Of a stretch of 64,000 nucleotides of DNA, positions 20,834-31,125 are shown one piece after another. The translations under genes and the position numbers were made by a program. Where the stretch lies: assembly GCA_021736975.1 (NCBI GenBank), contig JAIPET010000004.1, positions 2,008-66,007 of the forward strand, written 5' to 3'. The notes beneath the pieces are model-generated. The model saw only the letters and a list, made by a program, of their open reading frames with translations. It made no database searches and had not been told where the DNA came from. Source of the stretch: Candidatus Woesearchaeota archaeon (GTDB taxonomy: Archaea; Nanobdellota; Nanobdellia; Woesearchaeales; 21-14-0-10-32-9). Position 1 is the first letter of the stretch, and each line of letters starts with the position of its first letter.

Positions 20834-21133
20834 TTATTTTAAATAATTTTTAAACAGATCAATTGACAACACATGCAAATTATTCTTAAATAAAGAATAA
20901 TGATTTTTTATATCCTCAAATTCCTCTTTATTTGGTACACTTAAATTCTCCTTAAAATCATCAAAAACACCATCACATAATTTCAAAAGCTTTTCTAAAT
21001 TAGAATCTGATTTATATAAATTAATAACCATATCATCCTTAATTGATGAAGAATTATATTTAACAACAAAATAAGAAGTAGGATAAGAAGATAAATTCTC
21101 CTTATATTTTAAAATAAAATAAACCAAATTCAC
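20834..21133 (-). CDS. Hypothetical protein
   Basis: 99-aa ORF overlapping the stop of the upstream gene. Confidence 0.45.
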   Translation of the reverse strand: MNLVYFILKYKENLSSYPTSYFVVKYNSSSIKDDMVINLYKSDSNLEKLLKLCDGVFDDFKENLSVPNKEEFEDIKNHYSLFKNNLHVLSIDLFKNYLK

Positions 21134-21570
21134 TCCACAATAATCAAAGCATCTAATTCAGTTGCACCTTTAATACAATTATTTGTGCATACAAAATTAT
21201 GAACTCCTTTTTCTTTAGCTATAAATTCATAATAAATACTTCCACTTTCATAGCTAATATCTACGATATCGACACCTGAAACTGTGAACGCAAAATCATC
21301 AACCATTTCAACATCACCAACTTTATCATTATCCCTAACATAATTAATATCTAGAATAACATGATCTCCTTGATTAACGTAAATAGTATCCGGTTCAACA
21401 ACATCACCTTCTATTGTCATAAAAAATTCTTTAACTTCTGCTTTTTGAACTGGTTCATTTCCTGATTCTTGTAAATTAAGAACAGGAGCATTTGTAACTT
21501 CTTCTTGAACATCACAAGCCGTAAAAACCACCAAAGCAATTATTGCCAAAATTAATAATAATCTTCTCAT
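21130..21570 (-). CDS. Lipoprotein with cupredoxin-like domain
   Basis: Lipobox FTAC; EPDTIYVNQGDHV and FIAKEKGVHNFVCTNNC; GGAGGG SD. Confidence 0.75.
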   Translation of the reverse strand: MRRLLLILAIIALVVFTACDVQEEVTNAPVLNLQESGNEPVQKAEVKEFFMTIEGDVVEPDTIYVNQGDHVILDINYVRDNDKVGDVEMVDDFAFTVSGVDIVDISYESGSIYYEFIAKEKGVHNFVCTNNCIKGATELDALIIVE

Positions 21571-21664
21571 ACTAACCCTCCTAATATGTTTTCTACTCTT
21601 ACGTAGAAACTTTTTATATATAAATATATCTTATTTGTTTAAAAAGAACTTTTCAAAATAATAT

Positions 21665-22360
21665 TTAAACATGTTTTAATTTTTCAAACTTTGCAATAAC
21701 ATCATTTACTAATTTTAAATAATTAGAAACATCTTTTCTTCCAGGATCCATTGAAAGAATCTTCACACAATACGTTTTCCAATTCCTAAGATCATGCAAA
21801 AAATATTCTGGTTGCGTATGTAAAAAATTTCTAACAGCTTTTTTAAAACCATGCCCATCAGGAATATATTTAAGACTTTCAGACATATTAGTCAAAATAT
21901 CCACTACCTCCCTATAAATAGAACTCCATCTTAAAATTAACGGAGATACATCAACATCATTATCCAATGCATTGTATGTCTCTAACGAAATAGTTTCACC
22001 ATCAACATATCTAAACAAGACTCTATACTCCTTAAAAACGATATTAATTGCTTTAATAATACTTTCTAATCTTTCTTTATTAGGTGTATCTGAAGGTAGC
22101 GCACTCACAAGACTATTAACATTTAAAATAATATCATTTGCTTTGTCAAATTCATTATTTGAAATTAAATTAATTGCAGATTTAAGAGTGTCCGAAATAA
22201 TATTTTCTTGACTAATAATCTTAATTTGTCTTTTTGAATCAAGCTTTTTAAAATCATCAGATCTTGATAATTCTCTAACCCCAAAAAATCCCAAAGCAAC
22301 AACAAAAGTTGCAATAATATATTGCTTAACCTTTCCAGATTTAAAATTAAATTTCGACAT
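21665..22360 (-). CDS. Hypothetical membrane-anchored helical protein
   Basis: Single N-terminal TM (YIIATFVVALGFFGV), 231 aa. Confidence 0.6.
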   Translation of the reverse strand: MSKFNFKSGKVKQYIIATFVVALGFFGVRELSRSDDFKKLDSKRQIKIISQENIISDTLKSAINLISNNEFDKANDIILNVNSLVSALPSDTPNKERLESIIKAINIVFKEYRVLFRYVDGETISLETYNALDNDVDVSPLILRWSSIYREVVDILTNMSESLKYIPDGHGFKKAVRNFLHTQPEYFLHDLRNWKTYCVKILSMDPGRKDVSNYLKLVNDVIAKFEKLKHV

Positions 22361-22399
22361 AGTACTAACAATTATGAAAAATCTTTAAAAATGTTTTCT

Positions 22400-23737
22400 T
22401 TAGAAAACTAATTCTTTTCTCAAATCTTCAATCTTGACCCTTTTCTGCTCAGTCGTATCTCTATTTCTAATTGTGACTGTTCCATCTTCTAAAGTATCAA
22501 AATCAATAGTCACACAATAAGGAGTCCCAATTTCATCCATTCTCGCATAACGTCTACCAATACTACCAGATTCATCATAAAAAGCAACAAAATCTAGTTT
22601 CAAAGAATCAAATAATTCTTGAGCTTTTTCTTTTAAACCGCCTTTTTTAACTAAAGGTAAAACCGCAACTTTAATAGGCGCAAGTTTAGGATGTAAACGT
22701 AAAACAATATTTCCTCTTTCTTTATCATCTTCATATGCTTCATACAAAAGCAATAATAAAGTTCTATCAAGACCAGCTGAAGTTTCAATTATATGCGGCA
22801 CAAAACTTTCCTTTTTTTCTTCATCAAAATAATCAAGTTTTTGTTTACTATGTTTTGAATGAGTAGATAAATCCCAATCACCTCTATCATGAATTCCTTC
22901 AATTTCCTTCCATCCAAAGGGAAACTTATATTCTATATCCTCAGCTCTTTTCGCATAATGAGCCAATTCGCCTTTTTCATGAGCTCTATATCTAAGGTGT
23001 TCTCTTTTAACACCTAAATTTAAATAAAAATTTGTTCTTTGCTCCTGCCAATATTTAAACCACGTTTCTCTATCTTTAGGATCAATAAAAAATTGCATTT
23101 CCATTTGTTCAAATTCTCTACATCTAAACAAAAAATTTCTTGGACTAATCTCATTTCTAAACGCCTTACCTATTTGAGCAATACCAAACGGAACTTTCAT
23201 TCGCGCATTTTGCTGAATTAATTTATAATCCAAATAAATCATTTGAGTAGTTTCCCCTCTAAGATAACCTTTAACTTTTTTTGCACCAATACTAAGAGGA
23301 AACATCAAATTAAAAGATTCACATGTTTTAAACTTCTTACCATTAGGTCCTGTCAAATTATTATCTTTTATTAAATTGTTAACTTCATCAGCAGACACAC
23401 CATCAAAACTCTTACCAAGTTTTTCCTCTAAAAAAACATCTGCCCTAACTTCAAAAGAACCATCTTCTGAAACTAGCATTAAATCAGAAAAATTCTCTAA
23501 ATGACCTGATGCTTGCCAAACAGATTCCGGAGAAATAATAGATCCATCCATACCAACAACATCTGATCTAGAATTAACCATGAATTTCCACCATTCATTA
23601 ATAATATTTTTCTTAAGTTCCACACCATAAGGACCATAATCAAAAAAACCAGCTAAACCACCATAAATTTCAGCACTAGGATAAATAAATCCTTTTCTCT
23701 TACAAAACGAAGCCATATCATCAATATTTAATGTCAT
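22400..23737 (-). CDS. glyS: Glycine--tRNA ligase (alpha2 archaeal/eukaryotic type)
   Basis: EIYGGLAGFFDYGPYG, YLRGET, FRNEISP, REFEQME, IETSAG, SIGRRYAR. Confidence 0.97.
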   Translation of the reverse strand: MTLNIDDMASFCKRKGFIYPSAEIYGGLAGFFDYGPYGVELKKNIINEWWKFMVNSRSDVVGMDGSIISPESVWQASGHLENFSDLMLVSEDGSFEVRADVFLEEKLGKSFDGVSADEVNNLIKDNNLTGPNGKKFKTCESFNLMFPLSIGAKKVKGYLRGETTQMIYLDYKLIQQNARMKVPFGIAQIGKAFRNEISPRNFLFRCREFEQMEMQFFIDPKDRETWFKYWQEQRTNFYLNLGVKREHLRYRAHEKGELAHYAKRAEDIEYKFPFGWKEIEGIHDRGDWDLSTHSKHSKQKLDYFDEEKKESFVPHIIETSAGLDRTLLLLLYEAYEDDKERGNIVLRLHPKLAPIKVAVLPLVKKGGLKEKAQELFDSLKLDFVAFYDESGSIGRRYARMDEIGTPYCVTIDFDTLEDGTVTIRNRDTTEQKRVKIEDLRKELVF

Positions 23738-23849
23738 AACAATAAAAAACTAAAGAACATTAATAAATTTATTGATAAAAAAATAAAAAAATTCAAAATT
23801 AAAGATAAAAAATTAAAATAATGAAAAATAATAAGAACTAATTATAAAA

Positions 23850-25379
23850 TTATCTTCTTCTGTTTCCTCTTGGTGCTCCGCCAGAAGACCTATTACCAGA
23901 AGATCTACCACCTGCAAAACCACCAGAAGACCTATTACCAGAACTTCCACCAGACCTACCGCCAGAAGAACCGCCAGAAGACCTATTACCAGATCCTCCT
24001 CTTCTATCTCCTGAACCCTCTTGATTTCCCCTACTATAATTACTTCTTTTAGAAGAATTAGAATCATCATTTAATCTATTAGAATTACCAGACGATCTAC
24101 CTGAAGACCTGCCACCTGCAGAACCACCAGACGATCTACCACCATATCTACTAGGAGGCCTACCGCCACCAGAGCCTCCACGTTTTCCACCGTTTCCACC
24201 ACTCCTATAATTGCCTCTTCTATCTCCAGAATTATTTGAATCTCCTCTAGACTGAACAATTTGAACATTAGGCAACTCTTTTGGAATCTCTTGCTTTTTA
24301 ATATCTAAAGTAAAAGATTGATTTAATCTTCCAAAATTCTGATGATCATTCTGAGAAAGAATAGTTATAGCAATACCTTCTTTTCCAGCTCTCGCAGTTC
24401 TACCAATTCTATGTACATATTGCTTTGGATCCTTAGGCACATCAAAATTATAAACATGCGAAACACTAGGAATATCTAATCCTCTAGCTGCAACATCAGT
24501 ACAAACCATAACAGAAACTTCCGATTTATGAAAATCTTGTAAAACCTTGCTTCTTCTATCTTGCGAAAAACCACCATGAATTGCTTTAGCCCTAATATTT
24601 TGAGCATTCAAATTCTTAGTAACAAAATCAACATTATCCCTACTATTACAAAAAACCATGACAAGACCAGGTTTTTCATTCTTAATTAAAGAAATCAATA
24701 AAGATAACTTTTGATTAGGTCTCACATCATAATAAACTTGTTTTAATTTTGTAGGATCAACTTGATTCTTAACAGCTACATCAACAGGATCTTTTAAGAA
24801 CCATTTAGAAACTCTTCTAATTTCAGGCGTGATAGTTGCAGAAAACAATAAAGTTTGTCTTTGTTTAGGACAAACAGAAACTATTCTTCTAACATCATCA
24901 ATGAAACCCATATCAAGCATAGTATCTGCTTCATCTAAAACAACAAAATGAGTTTCAGAAAAATCAATAGTCTCCCTTTCCATATGATCCATTATCCTAC
25001 CAGGGGTACCAACAACAACATCAGCCCTTCTAAGATTTTCAATTTGAGGATTAATAGAAACACCGCCATAAACAGAAACAACTTTCAATTTTTTATGTTT
25101 AGAAAATTTCTTGATAGCATCACTAACTTGCTCAGCTAACTCTCTAGTTGGAACAAGAATAAGTGATTGAACCACACTTTTCTTTTCAACATACTCAATA
25201 ACACCACACGCAAATGCAAGTGTTTTTCCAGAACCTGTTGCACTACCCGCAATAACATCTTTACCTTCTTGAATCAAAGGAATAGTTTTCTTTTGAATCT
25301 CTGTAGGTTCAGTAAAACCTTCTTCAGATATTACTTTTAGCACTGGTTCTATTATATTTAATTTTTCAAATTCATTCAT
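23850..25379 (-). CDS. DEAD-box RNA helicase with Gly/Ser/Arg-rich tail
   Basis: Q motif, ATGSGKT, PTRELA, DEAD, SAT, ARGLD, HRIGRTAR; GNRSSGG tail repeats. Confidence 0.96.
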   Translation of the reverse strand: MNEFEKLNIIEPVLKVISEEGFTEPTEIQKKTIPLIQEGKDVIAGSATGSGKTLAFACGVIEYVEKKSVVQSLILVPTRELAEQVSDAIKKFSKHKKLKVVSVYGGVSINPQIENLRRADVVVGTPGRIMDHMERETIDFSETHFVVLDEADTMLDMGFIDDVRRIVSVCPKQRQTLLFSATITPEIRRVSKWFLKDPVDVAVKNQVDPTKLKQVYYDVRPNQKLSLLISLIKNEKPGLVMVFCNSRDNVDFVTKNLNAQNIRAKAIHGGFSQDRRSKVLQDFHKSEVSVMVCTDVAARGLDIPSVSHVYNFDVPKDPKQYVHRIGRTARAGKEGIAITILSQNDHQNFGRLNQSFTLDIKKQEIPKELPNVQIVQSRGDSNNSGDRRGNYRSGGNGGKRGGSGGGRPPSRYGGRSSGGSAGGRSSGRSSGNSNRLNDDSNSSKRSNYSRGNQEGSGDRRGGSGNRSSGGSSGGRSGGSSGNRSSGGFAGGRSSGNRSSGGAPRGNRRR

Positions 25380-25515
25380 TTAAATCTCCTGTTTTTTAGT
25401 TTTTTAAGTTAGTAAGAAAAAGTCAATTGATATTTAGGTCATCACATATCAGCATATGCTTTTTCTTGGACCATTTGTACTTAATAAGTAACAAGACTAC
25501 AGATTCATTTATAAA
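25380..25515 (-). promoter_or_regulatory. Promoter and structured ~100-nt leader of the DEAD-box helicase gene
   Basis: TATA-like box near 25508-25515, AGGAG SD at 25386-25390, stem AAGAAAAAG/CTTTTTCTT (25414-25467) with inner TGATAT/ATATCA. Confidence 0.5.
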
Positions 25516-25535
25516 ATCTTTCATTTAAATAATTC

Positions 25536-25658
25536 GGCTCTGGCCGGAAAAGAATAAATTTGTATACTGGAACACGGCACAACCTATGCATTCTCTTCGA
25601 GACTGCATGTACCTCAATGGGCGCCAGTATACACAAAAGCGTTATTCCGGCTAGAACC
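25536..25658. mobile_element. MITE-like element family A, copy 2 (123 bp)
   Basis: GGCTCTGGCCGG...CCGGCTAGAACC; perfect 8-bp direct repeat AATAATTC at 25528-25535 and 25659-25666. Confidence 0.85.
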
Positions 25659-25701
25659 AATAATTCAAATCATTTATAAATGAAAATGCTTTCTTTAAGA
25701 T

Positions 25702-26439
25702 GTGGTTAGAAAATCAAGAAAATCAAGAGAAGAATGGAAAATATACAAAAATGTATTTGACCAGTTTACAACAAGAAAACTCTTTGAACTAACAAGCCAA
25801 GGACACATAGGCGATTTAGAACAACCAATAGCGCTTGGAAAAGAAGCAAACATATTCATAGCACACAACAAAGAAAATGTTCCTGTAATCGTAAAAATAT
25901 ACAGATTAGAAAACTGCAATTTTAACAAAATGCACTCATACATCAGCGTAGACCCACGATTCATAGGACTAGAAAATCAAAAACGAAAAATAATATTTAG
26001 CTGGGTACAAAGAGAATACAGAAACCTAATGATCGCAAGAGAAAAAATCAAAGTACCAAAACCAATATTATTTAGAGACAACATACTACTAATGGAAATG
26101 ATAGGAGAAGAAGAACCAGCACAACAACTAAAAAATTTACCGCCAGAAAACCCAGATGAATTTGCAAAAAAAATAATAAAAAACATAGAACTACTACTAA
26201 AAGCAGAACTAGTACACGGAGATTTATCAGATTTTAACATTTTAAACCTAAATGAAGAACCAATATTCATAGATTTTAGCCAAGCAACACCTATAGGCAC
26301 AAATGGCGCAAGAGAAATGCTAGAAAGAGACATAAAAAACGCTCTAAACTGCTTTAAAAGAACATTAAAACTAGATTTAAACAAAATAACAGAGAAGCTA
26401 CTAAAAAAATATGATGAGCTAGCTTCTGACAAGCTTTAA
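25702..26439 (+). CDS. rio1: RIO1 Ser/Thr kinase
   Basis: GKEANIF, VKIYR, W..REYRNL, LVHGDLSDFNIL, IDFSQA. Confidence 0.94.
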   Translation: MVRKSRKSREEWKIYKNVFDQFTTRKLFELTSQGHIGDLEQPIALGKEANIFIAHNKENVPVIVKIYRLENCNFNKMHSYISVDPRFIGLENQKRKIIFSWVQREYRNLMIAREKIKVPKPILFRDNILLMEMIGEEEPAQQLKNLPPENPDEFAKKIIKNIELLLKAELVHGDLSDFNILNLNEEPIFIDFSQATPIGTNGAREMLERDIKNALNCFKRTLKLDLNKITEKLLKKYDELASDKL

Positions 26440-26464
26440 AAAACAAAGAAGATTACTAATAAAA

Positions 26465-27004
26465 ATGGACTTCAAATACGAACTAAAAATTCCAAAAGAA
26501 AGAATCGCAGTACTTATAGGAACAAACGGAGAAACAAAAAAAGAATTAGAAGAATACTCCAAAACATACCTAGACATAGACAGCAAAGAAGGCGACGTAA
26601 CAATCAAAGGCGAAGACTCCATAAATATGTTCGCACTAAAAGAAGTAATAAGAGCAATAGGTAGAGGATTTAATCCAGAAATAGCAAGACTATTACTAAA
26701 ACAAGATTACGTTCTAGAAGTCATGCCTATGCTAGACTACTTAAAAAACAAAGATCATATACCAAGAGTAAAGGGACGAATAATAGGCTCTGGAGGAAAA
26801 TCAAGATCAACAATAGAAACCCTAACAGAAACATTCATCGTAATCTATGGAAAAACAATTAGCATAATAGGCGAAAGCCAAGGTGTAATGTCAGCAAAAA
26901 AAGCGATCGAATCACTAATAGCAGGAAGCCCACATGCAAACGTATACAAATGGCTAGAAAAAAACAGAAAAAAGATGAAAGAACAACAAATCAAAAGCTG
27001 GTAA
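26465..27004 (+). CDS. KH-domain pre-rRNA processing protein (Dim2/PNO1)
   Basis: RIAVLIG, AIGRGFNPE, RVKGRIIG, G.PHANVY; conserved position after rio1. Confidence 0.93.
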   Translation: MDFKYELKIPKERIAVLIGTNGETKKELEEYSKTYLDIDSKEGDVTIKGEDSINMFALKEVIRAIGRGFNPEIARLLLKQDYVLEVMPMLDYLKNKDHIPRVKGRIIGSGGKSRSTIETLTETFIVIYGKTISIIGESQGVMSAKKAIESLIAGSPHANVYKWLEKNRKKMKEQQIKSW

Positions 27005-27045
27005 AAAACAAGAGAAAATAAATCTAAATTATTAACAATTAAATT

Positions 27046-27480
27046 TTATTGACTATTTAAAACAAAAACTTCCAAAGCCCTAAAACAAAAAGTTCTTTCA
27101 AAAGGATTATTCAAAAGCCTACAATCAAAACCATTTTCAACTTCAACCCTATAACAAGCATCTTTATCTAAATCCATACCAAGAATATTTTTACAAGAAA
27201 TAATTGTAGATTCATTATAACTACTAGAATTATCCTTAATAACAACAGTAGTTGGATTTTTTAACAATAAAACAATAAGAATAGCAAGAAACGCAACTAA
27301 TAAAATTATAAAAGCAAAAGCTACATAAACCATTTTTCTTGCAGAATAAACACTATTAACAAGCTCATCAACCTCTTTATCAGACCAACCAGCCTCCCGT
27401 AACCTATACTTAAGATTTCCAGGATGAACCCCTTTATTCTTTTGATCCTTCACATATTTTAGAAGCCTATCATCAACCAT
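27046..27480 (-). CDS. Hypothetical single-TM protein with Cys-containing C-terminus
   Basis: LLKYVK...LREAGWS helical N-domain, TM, four Cys. Confidence 0.65.
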   Translation of the reverse strand: MVDDRLLKYVKDQKNKGVHPGNLKYRLREAGWSDKEVDELVNSVYSARKMVYVAFAFIILLVAFLAILIVLLLKNPTTVVIKDNSSSYNESTIISCKNILGMDLDKDACYRVEVENGFDCRLLNNPFERTFCFRALEVFVLNSQ

Positions 27481-27540
27481 ATAATTCCTCTTTTTAAATA
27501 AATATTAACAAAGATGTTTTTAAAGGTTTCTTATTTTTTC

Positions 27541-28146
27541 CTACATATTCTTCAAGAAATATTTTTTTAAATAACGCTTCTGAAAATTATCAGGATATAT
27601 TCTAGATCTTTCAAAGCTCCAAGCTCCTGAATTTTTAACCCATTCACCAAATTCGATGAAATTATTTTCTAAAAAACTCTCATATTTAGTTCTGAATTTA
27701 TCAGATTCTTTTCTTAAAACATTTCTATCGTTAAGATCGACGTCAATTAGATAATCACTTGGAGTTCTTCCAAAAATTAAGGTGTTTTTTACTCCTGCAC
27801 ATTTCAAAACTTGTTTTGCTTCATTCACAAAAGCATCAGAACTCTTTTCATGCTTAAGAGGTTTTTCTGAATAAATTATATAATGAACTAACCCCTTATC
27901 TGAAAACTTTAATGGCCCTCTAAAAAAACTATAAGTCATATCCTTTGATGAACTTACAAGGGTTTCTGACCTAGATGTGAGATCATCAAGAAATTCATTT
28001 TCTCGACCTCTTTTCATAATAAAAAAAACATCTATATCTTTTTTCATATCTAAATATTCAGGTTGCGAACCTGCTAAAAACATAGAACCTATGTTCTCTT
28101 TGTTCAAATTATTTTTCAAATAGTTAATTATTTTTTTAGTTTTCAT
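27541..28146 (-). CDS. Putative Pol-beta-like nucleotidyltransferase
   Basis: FLAGS...DIDVFFI motif; AAGGTGA SD. Confidence 0.55.
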   Translation of the reverse strand: MKTKKIINYLKNNLNKENIGSMFLAGSQPEYLDMKKDIDVFFIMKRGRENEFLDDLTSRSETLVSSSKDMTYSFFRGPLKFSDKGLVHYIIYSEKPLKHEKSSDAFVNEAKQVLKCAGVKNTLIFGRTPSDYLIDVDLNDRNVLRKESDKFRTKYESFLENNFIEFGEWVKNSGAWSFERSRIYPDNFQKRYLKKYFLKNM

Positions 28147-28220
28147 AAACTCACCTTTTTGTTACTATTTAGTAGTTCTGTAGAAACATTTATATTTTAG
28201 CCACCACCACAGTGACTGTA

Positions 28221-28949
28221 ATGACACAAATAGAACTTTTAGAATTAGAAGAAGCAGGACTTAACAAATATGAATCCACAGCATATCAATCACTAGTAAA
28301 ACTAGGAACAACAACTGCATCAAGAATAAGCAAAGACTCTGGAGTGCCTCATAGCAGAATATATGATGTTCTTGATTCATTAGAACACAAAGGGCTTGTA
28401 AAAGTATTTCCAGATAAGACAAAAAGATTCACTGCTACAAATCCAGAAAATCTTATAAAACTAATAGAAGAAAAAAAGAAAAAAATAGAAATAACAGAAA
28501 AAAAACTCGTAGAACTTAAACAAATATATGAAGAAAAAGAAACAGAACCTGTATTAATAGCGACCGGTAAAAAGAATTTTCATTTATTGATGAAAGAAAT
28601 ACCAAGTGCAAAAACATTCAACTATGCAGTACGATACATGGCAGATACAAGACCTGAATTTATAAGAAAAACAAAAACACATATAAAAAAAGGACTAGAT
28701 GAAAAATCACTAATAAGATATGATGAAGAAACAAAGAAGAACGCAGACAAATTTCTAAAAGAAACAAAAGTAAACGCAAAACAAATAGAAAACGAAGGCG
28801 TAATAATGTCTTTAAACGATAACGCACTTCTTTTAGGATTAATAAAATCAAACACAACCCTATTAATCAAAGATAAAGCATTCATAAACTTCATGAAAAA
28901 AGCATACAATGCACTATATAAAACCGCAAAACCAATAAAAAAAAATTAA
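28221..28949 (+). CDS. TrmB-family transcriptional regulator
   Basis: GLNKYESTAY, SGVPHSRIYDVLDSLEHKGLV; ATG 28221 preferred over GTG 28212. Confidence 0.9.
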   Translation: MTQIELLELEEAGLNKYESTAYQSLVKLGTTTASRISKDSGVPHSRIYDVLDSLEHKGLVKVFPDKTKRFTATNPENLIKLIEEKKKKIEITEKKLVELKQIYEEKETEPVLIATGKKNFHLLMKEIPSAKTFNYAVRYMADTRPEFIRKTKTHIKKGLDEKSLIRYDEETKKNADKFLKETKVNAKQIENEGVIMSLNDNALLLGLIKSNTTLLIKDKAFINFMKKAYNALYKTAKPIKKN

Positions 28950-29221
28950 TTAGACTTTTTCTTTTTCTTAACAAAATAAATAATAATATCAATCAAAAAA
29001 CCAAAAATCAGTACAACAGGACTACAAAGAACATAAAAAATCAAAGGATGATAAATGCAAGCAGAAAAAGAAGAACCGCCTTCCCAAAGAAAACCCTCGG
29101 AACAACTCCAATCATTTTTTAAACCATTAGAAACAATTAGTAAGATAAAAAAAAGAGTATAAATTAGAAAAAACCCAAAAGCAAATTTATTTTTAAAAAT
29201 AAACGATTTCAAACCCAACAT
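28946..29221 (-). CDS. Small two-TM membrane protein
   Basis: Two hydrophobic helices around a Cys-containing loop, basic tail. Confidence 0.5.
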   Translation of the reverse strand: MLGLKSFIFKNKFAFGFFLIYTLFFILLIVSNGLKNDWSCSEGFLWEGGSSFSACIYHPLIFYVLCSPVVLIFGFLIDIIIYFVKKKKKSN

Positions 29222-29319
29222 AATCCCCTAATCTTAAAAAAAGAAGTTCAAATATAAAATACTATCTATTAAAAGTAACACCAAAACAAATATAAATAAA
29301 CCTAAAAGAATAAATTAAC

Positions 29320-31125
29320 ATGGCAGATACAAACTTACAAGATTATGATGAAAAAACGCAAAATCAAACACAAGAAAGTACAATAAAAGAACCCATAAAA
29401 GAACCCGTTAAACAAAACGAACCTAATAAAAAAGAAATTCCAACCAATTCAAGTGATTCAAAAGCACACGAAATGGCAAAAAGCCAAAGAGAAATTTCCA
29501 TTGCCGAATTCTTTGAAAAAAACAGACACCTACTAGGTTTTGACAATAAAAGAAAAGCACTACTAACAACAATAAAAGAAGCAGTAGACAACTCCCTTGA
29601 CGCATGCGAAGAAGCAGACATACTACCAGAAATAATAGTAGAAATACACGAAGTAGGAAATGACAAATACAGAGTAATAATAGAAGATAATGGACCAGGA
29701 ATAATAAAAGCGCAAATACCAAAAATATTTGCAAAACTACTATACGGATCAAAATTTCATAAACTAAAAATGCAAAGAGGACAACAAGGAATAGGAATTT
29801 CTGCAGCAGTAATGTACGCACAACTAACAACAGGAAAACCAGCAAAAATAATATCAAAAATCCACAAAGACGAACCAGCACACTACTACGAACTAAAAAT
29901 AGATACAGCAACAAACAAACCCGACATAGTAAAAGACGACATGAAAGAATGGTACAAAGACCACGGAACGAGAATAGAAATAGATTTAGAAGCAAGCTAC
30001 AATAAAGGAAACCAATCAGTAGACGAATACATAAGAGAAACCGCAGTAATAAACCCGCACGTAACACTAATATATCAACCGCCAAAAGGCGAACAACTAA
30101 TGCTTGTTCGAGCAACAGAGCAAAAACCAAAACAAGCGCAAGAAATCAAACCACACCCATACGGAGTAGAACTAGGAATGCTCATAAAAATGCTAAATGT
30201 AACAGAAGCAAAAACAATAAAACAATTCCTAAAAGAAGACTTCTCAAGAGTAGGAGATAAAGCAGCAGAAGAAATACTAGAAAACTCAAAACTCCTAAGC
30301 AAAACAAAAACAAAAAACATCTCAAGAGACATGGCAGAACAACTAATGGAAGGAATCAAAAAAACAAAACTAATGATGCCACCAACAGACTGCATAGTAC
30401 CCTTAGGCGAAGAAATGCTAGAAAAAGGAATAAAAAAAGAAATCAACGCAGAATTCTACACATCAGTATCAAGACCACCCGCAGTATATAGAGGAAACCC
30501 ATTTGCCATCGAAGTAGCAATAGCATACGGCGGAGACCAACCATCAGACAAAGCAATAAACGTAATGAGATTCGCAAACAGAGTACCACTACTATACCAA
30601 CAAGGAGCATGCGCAACACAAGAAAGCATAACACAAACAAACTGGAAAAGCTACGGAATAAACCAAACAGGAAGCAACATGCCAACAGGACCAATAACAG
30701 TAGTAATACACATAGCATCAGTATGGGTGCCATTCACAAGCGAAGCAAAAGAAGCAATAGCGCATTACCCAGAAATCATAAAAGAAATGAAACTAGCAAT
30801 ACAAGAAGCAGGAAGAAACCTAGCAAAATACGTAAAGAAAAAGAAAAGAGTCAAAGACGAACTCAAAAAAAGATCATACATAGAAACATACATACCACAC
30901 ATCGCAGAAGCACTAAGAGACTTAACAGAATGCTCTGCTACCGAAGAAGAAATAATAAAAGAAAACCTAACAGAACTACTAGAACAACAAAGAGGAAAAG
31001 TAGACTCACTAGACTTTGACCCAACAAAAAACGAAGAATACGATGAAGACTTCGCAAAAATAGGAAGAGAAAAAGATGAAGAAGACGAAGAAGACGATCA
31101 AGAAGAAAACGGTGAAGAAAAATGA
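29320..31125 (+). CDS. top6B: DNA topoisomerase VI subunit B
   Basis: [52 protein letters not shown]. Confidence 0.98.
   Translation: MADTNLQDYDEKTQNQTQESTIKEPIKEPVKQNEPNKKEIPTNSSDSKAHEMAKSQREISIAEFFEKNRHLLGFDNKRKALLTTIKEAVDNSLDACEEADILPEIIVEIHEVGNDKYRVIIEDNGPGIIKAQIPKIFAKLLYGSKFHKLKMQRGQQGIGISAAVMYAQLTTGKPAKIISKIHKDEPAHYYELKIDTATNKPDIVKDDMKEWYKDHGTRIEIDLEASYNKGNQSVDEYIRETAVINPHVTLIYQPPKGEQLMLVRATEQKPKQAQEIKPHPYGVELGMLIKMLNVTEAKTIKQFLKEDFSRVGDKAAEEILENSKLLSKTKTKNISRDMAEQLMEGIKKTKLMMPPTDCIVPLGEEMLEKGIKKEINAEFYTSVSRPPAVYRGNPFAIEVAIAYGGDQPSDKAINVMRFANRVPLLYQQGACATQESITQTNWKSYGINQTGSNMPTGPITVVIHIASVWVPFTSEAKEAIAHYPEIIKEMKLAIQEAGRNLAKYVKKKKRVKDELKKRSYIETYIPHIAEALRDLTECSATEEEIIKENLTELLEQQRGKVDSLDFDPTKNEEYDEDFAKIGREKDEEDEEDDQEENGEEK

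Noticed and set aside
21587-21620. GTAGAAAC-TTT(T)ATA motif shared with 28180-28196 as a TrmB operator
   Set aside because: Indistinguishable from an ordinary BRE-TATA promoter with only two instances.
29386-29410. AAAGAACCC duplication (KEPIKEPVK) in the Top6B N-terminus and similar micro-duplications in truD
   Set aside because: Short slippage in disordered, low-complexity segments; not informative.
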